IMG/VR virus record: IMGVR_UViG_3300032323_001800
Location: 1 to 64,000 of that record
Reading direction: 5' to 3' (one strand)
Origin: a virus
Length of the DNA stretch: 64,000 bases
Below the pieces are notes generated by a model, which worked only from the letters and a program-made list of their open reading frames with translations, made no database searches and was not told the DNA's origin. Below are positions 35,928 through 45,290 of the stretch, piece after piece. How positions within the stretch are numbered: the stretch's first letter is position 1; the number at the start of each line of letters is the position of its first letter. The translations under genes were made by a program, and so were the position numbers.

Positions 35928-38600
35928 ATGAGTTACGTAGATGCTTTTTATAGCAGAGATACAGACATCGTCTCGGTAGTTGAGCGAGATGACAAAGGAA
36001 AAAGACATTTCCGAGAATATCCTGCAAAATATGTCTTTTATTATCCAGACGCTAAAGGAAAATATACTAGCGTATATGGAGATCAACTAAGCAGAGTCAG
36101 CTGCAAAAATCTTAAAGAATTTCATAAAGAGTTAAGAATTCACAGTAATTCTAAACTATTTGAATCTGACATTAATCCAATCTTTAGAACACTAGAAGAC
36201 AACTATCTAAATGCCGATGCTCCGAAACTTAACGTTGCATGGTTTGATATTGAAGTAGATTTTGATCCAGAACGTGGATACGCATCACCTGATGATGCGT
36301 TTATGCCAATCACTGCTATTGCTGTGTATCTTCAATGGATGGACACTATGGTTTGTTTGGCGGTTCCTCCGAAAACAATGACCATGGATCAAGCTCAAGA
36401 GACTGTAAAAGAATTTACTAACACAATGTTGTTTGACAACGAAGCAGACATGTTAGATACATTTTTAGATCTAATTCAAGATGCTGATGTGTTAAGTGGT
36501 TGGAATTCAGAAGGCTTTGATATTCCCTATACTGTCAATCGTGTTACTAAGGTTCTCAGCAAAGAAGATACAAGAAGATTTTGTCTCTGGGATCAAATGC
36601 CTAAAAAACGTGAATACGAAAAATACGGCAAGGCTGCTGTAACTTATGACTTTTACGGTCGTGTGCATCTTGACAGTCTCGAATTATATAGAAAATACAC
36701 TTATGAAGAACGACATAGTTACAGACTTGACGCCATTGCTGAATACGAACTAGGCGAAACTAAAACACAGTACGAAGGTACATTAGATCAGTTATATAAC
36801 AATGATTTTAAAAAGTTCATTGAATATAACCGCCAAGACTGTATGCTATTAGAAAAACTAGACAGAAAACTAAAATTTTTAGATCTAGCAAATAAACTAG
36901 CACACGAAAACACAGTATTGCTACAAACTACAATGGGTGCCGTTGCTGTTACTGAACAAGCTATTATTAACGAAGCACATCGTAGAGGAATGATTGTTCC
37001 TAATCGTAAAAAGCGAGACGACGAAGTATCTACCCAAGCTGCCGGTGCGTATGTTGCTTATCCTAAAAAAGGCATTCACGAATGGATTGGCTCAGTGGAT
37101 CTTAACTCACTATATCCTTCAGCGATTCGTGCCTTAAACATGGGTCCAGAAACTATTGTTGGACAGTTACGTCCAGACTATACTAAAAATTACATCGAAG
37201 AACAAATGACGCGGCATGGTAAATCGTTTGCTGGTGCGTGGGAAGGATTGTTTTCTTCGTTTGAATATCAGTATGTTATGGAACGAAACGTTGCTAAAGA
37301 AATTACCATTGACTGGGAAGATGGTGGTAGTGATACGCTAAGTGGTGCTCAGATCTATGATTTGATCTTTGAAAGTAATCAACCCTGGATGGTTTCATCT
37401 AATGGTACAATCTTTACCTATGACAAAGACGGAATTATTCCAGGACTGTTAGCTCGCTGGTACAAAGAACGTAAAGAAATGCAGGCCAAACTTAAAGAAT
37501 GTATCGTGGCAGGTAATAAAGTTGAAGAAGAATACTGGGACAAACGTCAGCTGGTCAAAAAAATTAACTTAAACTCATTATATGGTGCTATTCTTAACCC
37601 TGGCTGTAGATTCTTTGACAATCGCATTGGTCAATCAACTACATTAACTGGTAGAACAATTACCAAACACATGGCGTCAAAAATTAACGAAATTATCACA
37701 GGTGAATACGACTACAAAGGTAAGTCGATCATTTATGGTGACACAGATTCTTGTTATTTTTCAGCGTATCCGGTGCTGAAGAAAGAAATTGAAACCGGAA
37801 AACTTCCTTGGACTAAAGAAACGGTGGTAACTTTATATGATCAAATCGCAGACGAAGTCAATTCCAGCTTTATTAAACTCATGCAGGACAGTTTCCATTG
37901 TCCAAAAACAAGAGGAGATGTTATCAAAGCAGGTCGAGAGATTGTCGCATCAAAGGGTCTGTTCATTACTAAGAAGCGATATGCCGTACTCTACTATGAA
38001 AAAGAAGGCAAGCGAGCAGATGTAGAGGGCAAACCAGGCAAGATCAAAGCCATGGGTCTTGATCTTAAACGTTCAGATACTCCTGTAGTCATTCAAGACT
38101 TCTTAAGTGAAGTTTTAACTCGGGTGCTAAATGGCGCAGGTAAGGAAGAAGTGCTGGAATACATTACTGAATTCCGTACTGAGTTCAAAACTAGACCTGG
38201 TTGGGAGAAAGGATCGCCCAAACGTGCTAACAATATCTCGCAATATCGCGACAAAGAAAAGAAAGCAGGCAAGACTAACATGCCCGGACACGTTCGAGCT
38301 GCTCTTAACTGGAACACTTTGAAGCGTATGAACGGTGACAAGTATTCTGTAGCCATAACAGACGGTGCTAAAGTCATTGTCTGTAAGGTTAAAGATAATC
38401 CAATGGGTTATACATCAGTGGCGTATCCAGTAGATGAACTTAGACTACCACAATGGTTTAAGGACTTACCGTTTGATGACGCTGAAATGGAAAGTACTGT
38501 TATTGATGAAAAGCTGGAAAACCTTATCGGTGTTCTAGAATGGGACATTAGTCGAACACGAAGTGACAACAACTTCAACAAATTATTTGATTTTGAATAA
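35928..38600 (+). CDS. Family B DNA polymerase (T4 gp43-like)
   Basis: Exo motifs FDIEVD and GWNSEGFDIPY; Pol motifs DLNSLYPS, KINLNSLYG, YGDTDS and KKRY. Confidence 0.97.
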   Translation: MSYVDAFYSRDTDIVSVVERDDKGKRHFREYPAKYVFYYPDAKGKYTSVYGDQLSRVSCKNLKEFHKELRIHSNSKLFESDINPIFRTLEDNYLNADAPKLNVAWFDIEVDFDPERGYASPDDAFMPITAIAVYLQWMDTMVCLAVPPKTMTMDQAQETVKEFTNTMLFDNEADMLDTFLDLIQDADVLSGWNSEGFDIPYTVNRVTKVLSKEDTRRFCLWDQMPKKREYEKYGKAAVTYDFYGRVHLDSLELYRKYTYEERHSYRLDAIAEYELGETKTQYEGTLDQLYNNDFKKFIEYNRQDCMLLEKLDRKLKFLDLANKLAHENTVLLQTTMGAVAVTEQAIINEAHRRGMIVPNRKKRDDEVSTQAAGAYVAYPKKGIHEWIGSVDLNSLYPSAIRALNMGPETIVGQLRPDYTKNYIEEQMTRHGKSFAGAWEGLFSSFEYQYVMERNVAKEITIDWEDGGSDTLSGAQIYDLIFESNQPWMVSSNGTIFTYDKDGIIPGLLARWYKERKEMQAKLKECIVAGNKVEEEYWDKRQLVKKINLNSLYGAILNPGCRFFDNRIGQSTTLTGRTITKHMASKINEIITGEYDYKGKSIIYGDTDSCYFSAYPVLKKEIETGKLPWTKETVVTLYDQIADEVNSSFIKLMQDSFHCPKTRGDVIKAGREIVASKGLFITKKRYAVLYYEKEGKRADVEGKPGKIKAMGLDLKRSDTPVVIQDFLSEVLTRVLNGAGKEEVLEYITEFRTEFKTRPGWEKGSPKRANNISQYRDKEKKAGKTNMPGHVRAALNWNTLKRMNGDKYSVAITDGAKVIVCKVKDNPMGYTSVAYPVDELRLPQWFKDLPFDDAEMESTVIDEKLENLIGVLEWDISRTRSDNNFNKLFDFE

Positions 38601-38607
38601 AAAATAT

Positions 38608-38636
38608 TTGCTTTTTACTCACAATCTAAATATAAT
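38608..38636 (+). promoter_or_regulatory. Sigma70-type TTGCTT-N17-TATAAT overlapping a TAAATA (38627-38632)
   Basis: Intergenic, upstream of the GGAG SD of the next gene. Confidence 0.6.
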
Positions 38637-38661
38637 CTTAATATACACGGAGAAACTCTAA

Positions 38662-39399
38662 ATGAAAGATATTTTACAAGACATCGTATCACATACGCAA
38701 AATCTAGGCTTCTTAACTACAGTTAAAGTAACAGGCGCTGAAGATAAAACTCAAATTAACTCGATGGCAGATGACCGTTCAGTTATTATGGAAGCAGAAA
38801 CTGCTGCTCCGTATCCAGACATGATTGGTGTGTTTGGTATGCCACAGCTACAAAAACTAAAGTATTTGTTAGAAGGCGCAGAGTACAAGGAAGATGCTAA
38901 GATTAGTATCACTACAGCAGAACGCAACGGAGAAACTATTCCAGTTGGTCTTCACTTTGAAAACAAAGATGGTGACTTCAAGAACGATTATCGCTTTATG
39001 AATTCCGAGATCATTAACGAAAAAATGAAAACCGTTAAATTCCGCGGAGTTAAGTGGGATGTTGAGATCGAACCTAGCGTCAGTGCTGTTCAGCGTTTCA
39101 ACTTCCAAGCAGGTGCTAATAGCGAACATCCAACTTTCTTAGCAAAGACTGATGGTGGCAATCTAAAGTTTATCTTTGGTGATGCGAGCACACACGGTGG
39201 TGAGTTTATTTTTGCACAAAACGTTGCAGGTAAATTAGATCGTGGTTGGACTTGGCCTGTATTACCAATCCTTGCTATTCTTAAAATTGCGGATGTTAAT
39301 AATACTAAGATGTCCTTGAGTAATGAAGGTGCTATTCAAATTACTTTAGACAGCGGCCTAGCATCTTACAAATATATCATTCCAGCACAAGCAGCGTAA
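38662..39399 (+). CDS. Putative sliding clamp (gp45/PCNA-like)
   Basis: 245 aa alternating alpha/beta directly after polB; clamp loader present; ends YKYIIPA like clamp C-termini. Confidence 0.55.
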   Translation: MKDILQDIVSHTQNLGFLTTVKVTGAEDKTQINSMADDRSVIMEAETAAPYPDMIGVFGMPQLQKLKYLLEGAEYKEDAKISITTAERNGETIPVGLHFENKDGDFKNDYRFMNSEIINEKMKTVKFRGVKWDVEIEPSVSAVQRFNFQAGANSEHPTFLAKTDGGNLKFIFGDASTHGGEFIFAQNVAGKLDRGWTWPVLPILAILKIADVNNTKMSLSNEGAIQITLDSGLASYKYIIPAQAA

Positions 39400-39400
39400 T

Positions 39401-39772
39401 ATGATTAAAGGTATTAATTCTAGCAGTAGATACATTACAGTATCTGGAGGATCTCCATCAAACACATATATCAGTCCTGGCTCTGTTGGGGCTGGTATGA
39501 TCCGGTGGAATCCAAATATGAACTGTATGGAAGTCAATGACGGAAATATGTGGAAAACGCTTGACATGTCTTATGCCTCTGTAGAATTAACGTCCGATGC
39601 CGAATCGTTGCTTGAATGGGCACGTAAAAAGCGTGACAAAGAAACAACATTATATGCCCTAGCTGAAAAAAATTCTGCTGTTAAAATAGCATTAGACAAC
39701 TTAGAACAGGCACAACAACAATTAGAAATTACAGCACATTTAGCGAGAGAACATGAACAAACAACCAGTTGA
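39401..39772 (+). CDS. Hypothetical protein
   Basis: 123 aa in the operon. Confidence 0.6.
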   Translation: MIKGINSSSRYITVSGGSPSNTYISPGSVGAGMIRWNPNMNCMEVNDGNMWKTLDMSYASVELTSDAESLLEWARKKRDKETTLYALAEKNSAVKIALDNLEQAQQQLEITAHLAREHEQTTS

Positions 39773-41282
39773 TTTAACACCATTACAAAAAGACTATGCT
39801 GTCTATTTGCCAGCAATTAGTTCTTTCTATTCTACATACGTTGCTAAACAACGACTAGAAGAATTTATTCCTAAAGATCGTATTCCTAAAGACTTTGATC
39901 GTGGCATTGAAGGTATGAACTTCCTAAATCCCGAACAAGGTTATTTTTACTACAAGTACGGTTTATATTCAGCAGGTCACGCACAACTAGATCTTGAAAA
40001 GTCAATGACTCAAGAGTCAATGATACAAGATCGCGATCGTTCAAAGACAATGATTCTAGGTGACTCCGGTGGATATCAGATTGGTAAAGGTGTTCTTAAG
40101 TTTGATTGGTTAAACTTTGAAGGTCCAGAAGCTACAAAGACTCGTCAAAAGATTCTTGAGTGGTTAGAACTAACTGCTGATTGGTCAATGATGCTGGACG
40201 TTCCGACATGGGCCTGCGATCATATCCATAGTCCAAAGACTGGTTTAAAAACATTTGAGGACTGTCTAGAAAAAACTCGTTACAACAACGACTACTTTCT
40301 AATGAATCGTTTAGGTCAAACTAAATGGTTAAACGTGCTACAGGGTTCGGACTGGGATACAGCAGAACGCTGGTATCAAGGTGTTAAAGAGTTTTCAGAT
40401 CCTAAAGGCAAATACGCTGGTCGAGAAGCTGAAGGTTGGGCAATGGGTGGCGCTAACATGTGTAAGATGCCAATTACACTACGTAGATTAATTACATTAA
40501 AATTTGATGGCTTGCTAGAAGGCAAGGATTGGATGCACTTCTTGGGCACAGCACAGTTGGATTGGGCTTGTTATCTAACATTGATCCAAAGACAAATTAG
40601 AAAACACGTAAATGAAAACTTCACAATTTCCTTTGACTGCGCATCACCTTTCATCGCAACAGCTCACGGATTGGTATATACTAACGCCCAGCACACCAAT
40701 AAGCGATTCTCTGTTATCATGGATAAAGCCCCGGACACTAAGAGTCTTGCCGGACGGCAGGATATACCTTTTCCTTTCGAAAGCGATTTTGGTCGCAGAC
40801 TTACGATCGCAGATATTTGTTACTACGCACCAGGAATGTTGAATAAGATTGGCAAAGAAGGTAAAACATCTTGGGATTCATTTGCTTATGCTCTAATGAT
40901 GGGCCATAATGTTGAATGTCATATCCGTGCTGTTCAACGTGCCTGTAATCTAATGGACATCGAATTAGCAAAACACAATCCGAACTGGCGACAATACACT
41001 AAACCTAGCAGTAAAGAAGTTAATATGCATGAATACTCCGAATGGGTTCCTCGCAATATACTTTACTTTGCAGGGTTTATTGAAGAATTGTTTGAATGTA
41101 AGACTAAAGAAGATGCTTTCCAAATGATCAAAGATGCAGACTTCTTTTTAAAGAATCTTGAAGGTGCTCGATTAAGAGGCGGTGTTACCAACGAGTTTAA
41201 TCGATTGTTCAGCGACGATGATAGTTCAGATTGGGACAATGATCGAGAAGATGATAAATTGGATAGTCTTAAAGTAGAATAA
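39753..41282 (+). CDS. dpdA: tRNA-guanine-transglycosylase-fold protein, DpdA-like DNA 7-deazaguanine insertase
   Basis: ILGDSGGYQ, MMLDVP, VLQG, AMGG, HFLG and SFDCASP match TGT motifs; clustered with folE and queE. Confidence 0.8.
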   Translation: MNKQPVDLTPLQKDYAVYLPAISSFYSTYVAKQRLEEFIPKDRIPKDFDRGIEGMNFLNPEQGYFYYKYGLYSAGHAQLDLEKSMTQESMIQDRDRSKTMILGDSGGYQIGKGVLKFDWLNFEGPEATKTRQKILEWLELTADWSMMLDVPTWACDHIHSPKTGLKTFEDCLEKTRYNNDYFLMNRLGQTKWLNVLQGSDWDTAERWYQGVKEFSDPKGKYAGREAEGWAMGGANMCKMPITLRRLITLKFDGLLEGKDWMHFLGTAQLDWACYLTLIQRQIRKHVNENFTISFDCASPFIATAHGLVYTNAQHTNKRFSVIMDKAPDTKSLAGRQDIPFPFESDFGRRLTIADICYYAPGMLNKIGKEGKTSWDSFAYALMMGHNVECHIRAVQRACNLMDIELAKHNPNWRQYTKPSSKEVNMHEYSEWVPRNILYFAGFIEELFECKTKEDAFQMIKDADFFLKNLEGARLRGGVTNEFNRLFSDDDSSDWDNDREDDKLDSLKVE

Positions 41283-41283
41283 T

Positions 41284-41312
41284 TTGACTAAGGACTAACT
41301 TGGTGTTATACT
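41284..41312 (+). promoter_or_regulatory. Sigma70-type promoter TTGACT-N17-TATACT with extended -10 TG
   Basis: Intergenic, after the dpdA-like stop. Confidence 0.7.
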
Positions 41313-41343
41313 ACTAACATCAAGTTAATTTTGAGATAGGTAC

Positions 41344-41769
41344 ATGGACAACGAATACGAAAATTTTGCCAAACAAATGGAAGAAAAGTTTCCAAAAATG
41401 TTTGAGCACAAGTATGGTGGATTTGCTGTAGGTCAAGGCTGGTGGCCTATTCTCGAAGCGTTGTGTGCTAATATTCAACAGCATACTGATTGGCGTAACC
41501 GAGAAACTAAAATTGTTCCACAAGTAGTTGTAGAACAGATTAAAGAAAAGTTTGGCGGACTGCGTTTCTACTATCAAGGCGGCGATGAACAGATTCACGG
41601 CATGGTGCGTATGGCAGAAGCATGGGCGGCAAATTGCTGTGAAGAATGTTGCGCACCTGGCAAGCGTAGAGGTGGTGGCTGGATTCGTACGCTGTGTGAT
41701 AAGCACGAAGCAGAACATCAAGAACACCTTCGTACAAGAGAAATGAAACTATCAGGATTTGAAGAATGA
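41344..41769 (+). CDS. Phage hypothetical protein (QIKEKFGGLRFYY, CEEC...C)
   Basis: 141 aa with SD. Confidence 0.65.
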   Translation: MDNEYENFAKQMEEKFPKMFEHKYGGFAVGQGWWPILEALCANIQQHTDWRNRETKIVPQVVVEQIKEKFGGLRFYYQGGDEQIHGMVRMAEAWAANCCEECCAPGKRRGGGWIRTLCDKHEAEHQEHLRTREMKLSGFEE

Positions 41770-41936
41770 ACACTTTAAAAAAATGTAATTCCTGCGGTGA
41801 AGACTTAAAGCTAAACGGTATCGGGTGCGACTGGCGTCAAGGACGTTGCCCGCATCGTACTCCAATGCTAACAGATTATCATTTTAGATTTTATAATTTG
41901 GTTCAATTTATTAAAGGATGGTTCGGTCGTGGCTAA
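41766..41936 (+). CDS. Small Cys-rich protein, 56 aa (not in ORF track)
   Basis: MNTLKKCNSCGEDL...CDWRQGRCPH..., coupled at both ends. Confidence 0.55.
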   Translation: MNTLKKCNSCGEDLKLNGIGCDWRQGRCPHRTPMLTDYHFRFYNLVQFIKGWFGRG

Positions 41937-42453
41937 TTTATATCGTATTACTCCCTTAGAAAAGAAAAACGTCGAATATTTTGTAGATGTTTATGAAGAA
42001 CTAGCAGATGGCACAATCCGAGGATTTGATGTCACTGAAGTATATCGTTGGGGCCAAGGATTTCGAGAAGAAGATAACGAAGTTTATTCTACTGAAATAG
42101 ATCGTGTGCATTGCGATCCTCAAGTTGGTTGGGGTTGCGAACTTGATGATCTGTGTGCTGTGTATGTAAATTTCACAGATGGATTTACTGATCAAGAGAA
42201 AATCGAGATCGAAGCAAGATGCCGTGGAGAGTTAGAAGACGATGACGGTCGATGGGGTACTGCTTGGTTATACGACGGCGACCACAATTGGCAAATTGAA
42301 GACAACTGTGTTTATATTTTGGGTCCCGTAAAGATTGACCTTGTTAATGAAGATACGTATAATGAAGTAGTTGAAGAAAATATTCAACCTAAAGTAATTG
42401 ACCCCAAAACATCATGGCCGTTTAGTCCAGACTTTCCAGATACATCAAAATGA
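41929..42453 (+). CDS. Acidic hypothetical protein
   Basis: 174 aa, GTG start with an AAGGA SD. Confidence 0.6.
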   Translation: MANLYRITPLEKKNVEYFVDVYEELADGTIRGFDVTEVYRWGQGFREEDNEVYSTEIDRVHCDPQVGWGCELDDLCAVYVNFTDGFTDQEKIEIEARCRGELEDDDGRWGTAWLYDGDHNWQIEDNCVYILGPVKIDLVNEDTYNEVVEENIQPKVIDPKTSWPFSPDFPDTSK

Positions 42454-42968
42454 ATCGAGATTACACAACAGGAACTGCCGACAACATAGTATTTTTTGTT
42501 GGCAACGAAGTAGAACACACTCCTGCATACGGAATGAAAACATTGTTTGTCACAGGTGTTCAACCTGTAGAAGCAATCATAGGAGCTCTTACTAATCAAG
42601 ATATTACTCATATCTTTTTTGGTGCTAATCATAGTTTTAATCCTAAAGAATTTAATGAACATAAAGAATGGGAAGAAATGATCTTTCACTTTCTTAAACA
42701 AGATTATTTGTGTTCGTTAGATATTCCTATGAGTCAAGTAGAGGAATTTCACGAAAGCGGATACTGCGAATATGATAATTTTATTCCGCAGATTCGTGTG
42801 CCTATTCCTTATATTAAATTGTGGAACTACAACACCATGTTGAAGATCGACGATAAAGATTTTAAAGCAACTAATCCTGGTGTTTGGTCTCACAGTCTGC
42901 ATTCTTTGTTAGACCGTAAAAATTTCACAGATTGGTCCCAATATAAAAATGATGAGATTATAAAATGA
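42450..42968 (+). CDS. Hypothetical protein inside the deazaguanine cluster
   Basis: 172 aa; GNEVEHTPAYGMKTLFV, HIFFGANHSF and KIDDKDFKATNPGVW look enzyme-like. Confidence 0.7.
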   Translation: MNRDYTTGTADNIVFFVGNEVEHTPAYGMKTLFVTGVQPVEAIIGALTNQDITHIFFGANHSFNPKEFNEHKEWEEMIFHFLKQDYLCSLDIPMSQVEEFHESGYCEYDNFIPQIRVPIPYIKLWNYNTMLKIDDKDFKATNPGVWSHSLHSLLDRKNFTDWSQYKNDEIIK

Positions 42969-43327
42969 GTACTGGACAAGTATCAGGAGGATGGGCTGTT
43001 GGAAAATCTACCGCTTACCCTAAAACGAGAACTAGAAGAGCAAGGAACACATCACCAATGAAATTAACATTTAAACAACGTATCCGAAACTGGATTATGA
43101 GTGACGACTATGAGCAAGACGTTCCTCAAATAGTAGAATCAGATCGACTGAGCAGCGAAGGTATGCGTATGCAGATCTATAAAGCCAGCGGTGGTTATGT
43201 TGTAGAAACTCGCAGTTACGATAGCCACAAAGATCGTAACAATAATTCAATGCATGTAGTCACTGAAGATCAAGATTTAGGTGACGCATTAGGTAAAATC
43301 GTAATGATGGAGGCACTAAAGCGATGA
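42965..43327 (+). CDS. Hypothetical protein
   Basis: 120 aa, coupled. Confidence 0.6.
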   Translation: MSTGQVSGGWAVGKSTAYPKTRTRRARNTSPMKLTFKQRIRNWIMSDDYEQDVPQIVESDRLSSEGMRMQIYKASGGYVVETRSYDSHKDRNNNSMHVVTEDQDLGDALGKIVMMEALKR

Positions 43328-43551
43328 AACATCCTGACCTAAAAGTAAAATCAGTAACTATCAAAGAAAATGCTGCTTACAGAGTTAAAGTAGAATCTTG
43401 GGAAGCTATTGCTCCTAAAGGATTGATTGCTATTCATATCATTCAAGAATGCCTAAATAAAGATGGTAAGGTTGATCTTTCTAGTACATACAGCTATAAT
43501 ATGACTAGAGATGAAATTAGTAACCTTTGTAAGGCATTGTTAGCAGCATGA
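43324..43551 (+). CDS. Hypothetical protein
   Basis: 75 aa, coupled. Confidence 0.55.
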   Translation: MKHPDLKVKSVTIKENAAYRVKVESWEAIAPKGLIAIHIIQECLNKDGKVDLSSTYSYNMTRDEISNLCKALLAA

Positions 43552-43943
43552 ACATTAAACAAGACATTCGCCCAAATAAAATGATTTGGGTAACTTTCCG
43601 CAAGGAAGGTATTCATAAATATCCTGCAGCCTTAACAGATCCAAATCTAGCTACAGGAGATGAATATGACGTATCGTTTTTGGGTTATCCCCATCGCCAC
43701 ATTTTTCATTTCAGGGTGTGGATCAATGTGCAACACGATGACCGAGACATCGAATTCATCCAGTTCAAACGATGGCTCGAGTCGTTGTATAATGGTCAAG
43801 GTTCCGTTTTGAGCCTCGATCATAAAAGTTGTGAGATGATGTCAGAAGATTTATATAACATCATCACACTAAAGTATCCAGGTCGAGAGATTTGGATTGA
43901 GGTCTCCGAAGACGGAGAAAATGGTTCATTTATCAAATATTAA
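43548..43943 (+). CDS. T-fold QueD paralogue (DpdL-like) with LxxxHRHxF motif
   Basis: EGIH...FLGYPHRHIFHFRV...DRDIEF...SCEMMS...EVSEDGENG; lacks the QueD CxxxHGH signature. Confidence 0.7.
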   Translation: MNIKQDIRPNKMIWVTFRKEGIHKYPAALTDPNLATGDEYDVSFLGYPHRHIFHFRVWINVQHDDRDIEFIQFKRWLESLYNGQGSVLSLDHKSCEMMSEDLYNIITLKYPGREIWIEVSEDGENGSFIKY

Positions 43944-43955
43944 TAAGAGGCTATT

Positions 43956-44189
43956 ATGGCTAAGAATTACAAAGATTACGCTTACTTTGAAAACCGCCCC
44001 GACGTTGTTCGTGTATGGGAAGATCTTGAAGCATACAACGACTTTTGTCGTTTCGAGCTTCGTGACTTTAATCCTGCGGAACTGTACCGCAAAGAAGCAC
44101 CCAACTATAGTGCTTACCTAGCAAGTAAGCGTCCTCGTCGCCCGTATCAGGGCAAAAACCCAAGGTTTAACAATCATCGAAATGGCTAA
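43956..44189 (+). CDS. Hypothetical protein
   Basis: 77 aa with a GAGG SD. Confidence 0.6.
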   Translation: MAKNYKDYAYFENRPDVVRVWEDLEAYNDFCRFELRDFNPAELYRKEAPNYSAYLASKRPRRPYQGKNPRFNNHRNG

Positions 44190-45249
44190 GATATTTTTAG
44201 TCGATCTCGAAGCTGTTGAGACTCGTTACACAGGCGAGTGGAAAGTCCATTTGCCTGAGTTACTAAGAAAGAGAGGACACGATGTTCAAGTTATATCTGG
44301 CCCTACGGATATTCCTACTGCCACTACTCCTGGTGCTTTTCTTAACTTTGGTGGCACCAATATATACAAGGCTAGTCAGGTTGAGCAGATGGGCCGTTTA
44401 TTTTGTAGTGGATCTGTTCATCCTGGCGACCACTTTATTTTTACTGACGCTTGGCATCCGGGCATTATAAATTTAAAGTACATGAGTGAATTGCTGGGCA
44501 TCCCAGTAACAACACATGGCCTATGGCATGCTGGAAGTTATGATCCTCAAGATTTCTTAGGACGACTTGTTGGTGATAAGCCTTGGGTAAGACATGCTGA
44601 GAAAAGTTTTTATGAAGCATTTGATCATAACTACTTTGCCACAGACTTTCATATCGAAATGTTCTTTAAGAACTTGTTTGATACAAAAGTAATTGCTGGC
44701 GCTGATTTTGATGGCAAAGTAGTACGTACAGGGTGGCCAATGGAGTATATGCCTGATACGTTGCTGATGTATAAGAACATGCCCAAGCGTGATCTTATCT
44801 TGTTCCCACATCGTATTGCTCCTGAGAAGCAGGTTGAAATATTCCGTGACTTAAAAGAACACTTACCACAATATGAGTTCGTTGTTTGTCAAGATCAACA
44901 ACTTACAAAAAATGAATATCATAACTTGCTAGGTGAAGCTAAACTAGTATTCAGTGCCAACTTACAAGAAACACTAGGTATCAGTTGGTATGAAGGTGCG
45001 TTAGTTGATGCTATTCCTATGGTGCCAGATCGATTAAGCTATAGTGAAATGGCCTTAGACGAATTTAAGTATCCTTCAGAATGGACTGAATCATTTAAAT
45101 CGTATCAAATACACAGACACTCATTAGTAGAAAAGATTGTAAATTATATGGAAAATTATAAACAATTTCTACCTCGCCTAAATACTCAGGTAACATCTTT
45201 AACGGATAACTTTTTCAGTTGCGATCAACTATTAAAGATGTTAAAATAA
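44182..45249 (+). CDS. GT-B glycosyltransferase (GT4-like)
   Basis: FPHRIAPEKQ and the E-x7-E motif ETLGISWYE; N-terminal FTDAWHPG...HAGSYD. Confidence 0.8.
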   Translation: MAKIFLVDLEAVETRYTGEWKVHLPELLRKRGHDVQVISGPTDIPTATTPGAFLNFGGTNIYKASQVEQMGRLFCSGSVHPGDHFIFTDAWHPGIINLKYMSELLGIPVTTHGLWHAGSYDPQDFLGRLVGDKPWVRHAEKSFYEAFDHNYFATDFHIEMFFKNLFDTKVIAGADFDGKVVRTGWPMEYMPDTLLMYKNMPKRDLILFPHRIAPEKQVEIFRDLKEHLPQYEFVVCQDQQLTKNEYHNLLGEAKLVFSANLQETLGISWYEGALVDAIPMVPDRLSYSEMALDEFKYPSEWTESFKSYQIHRHSLVEKIVNYMENYKQFLPRLNTQVTSLTDNFFSCDQLLKMLK

Positions 45250-45290
45250 CACACATGTGACATCCACGTCATTAACTCGGAGAATATTAA

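Noticed and set aside
39753-41282. Annotation as host-type tRNA-guanine transglycosylase (tgt)
   Set aside because: Divergent, lacks the CxCxxC zinc motif of bacterial Tgt, and lies in a replication operon with folE/queE; DpdA-like is more consistent.
45250-45290. preQ1 riboswitch upstream of folE
   Set aside because: Lacks the preQ1-I loop consensus and A-rich pseudoknot tail; kept only as a generic hairpin.
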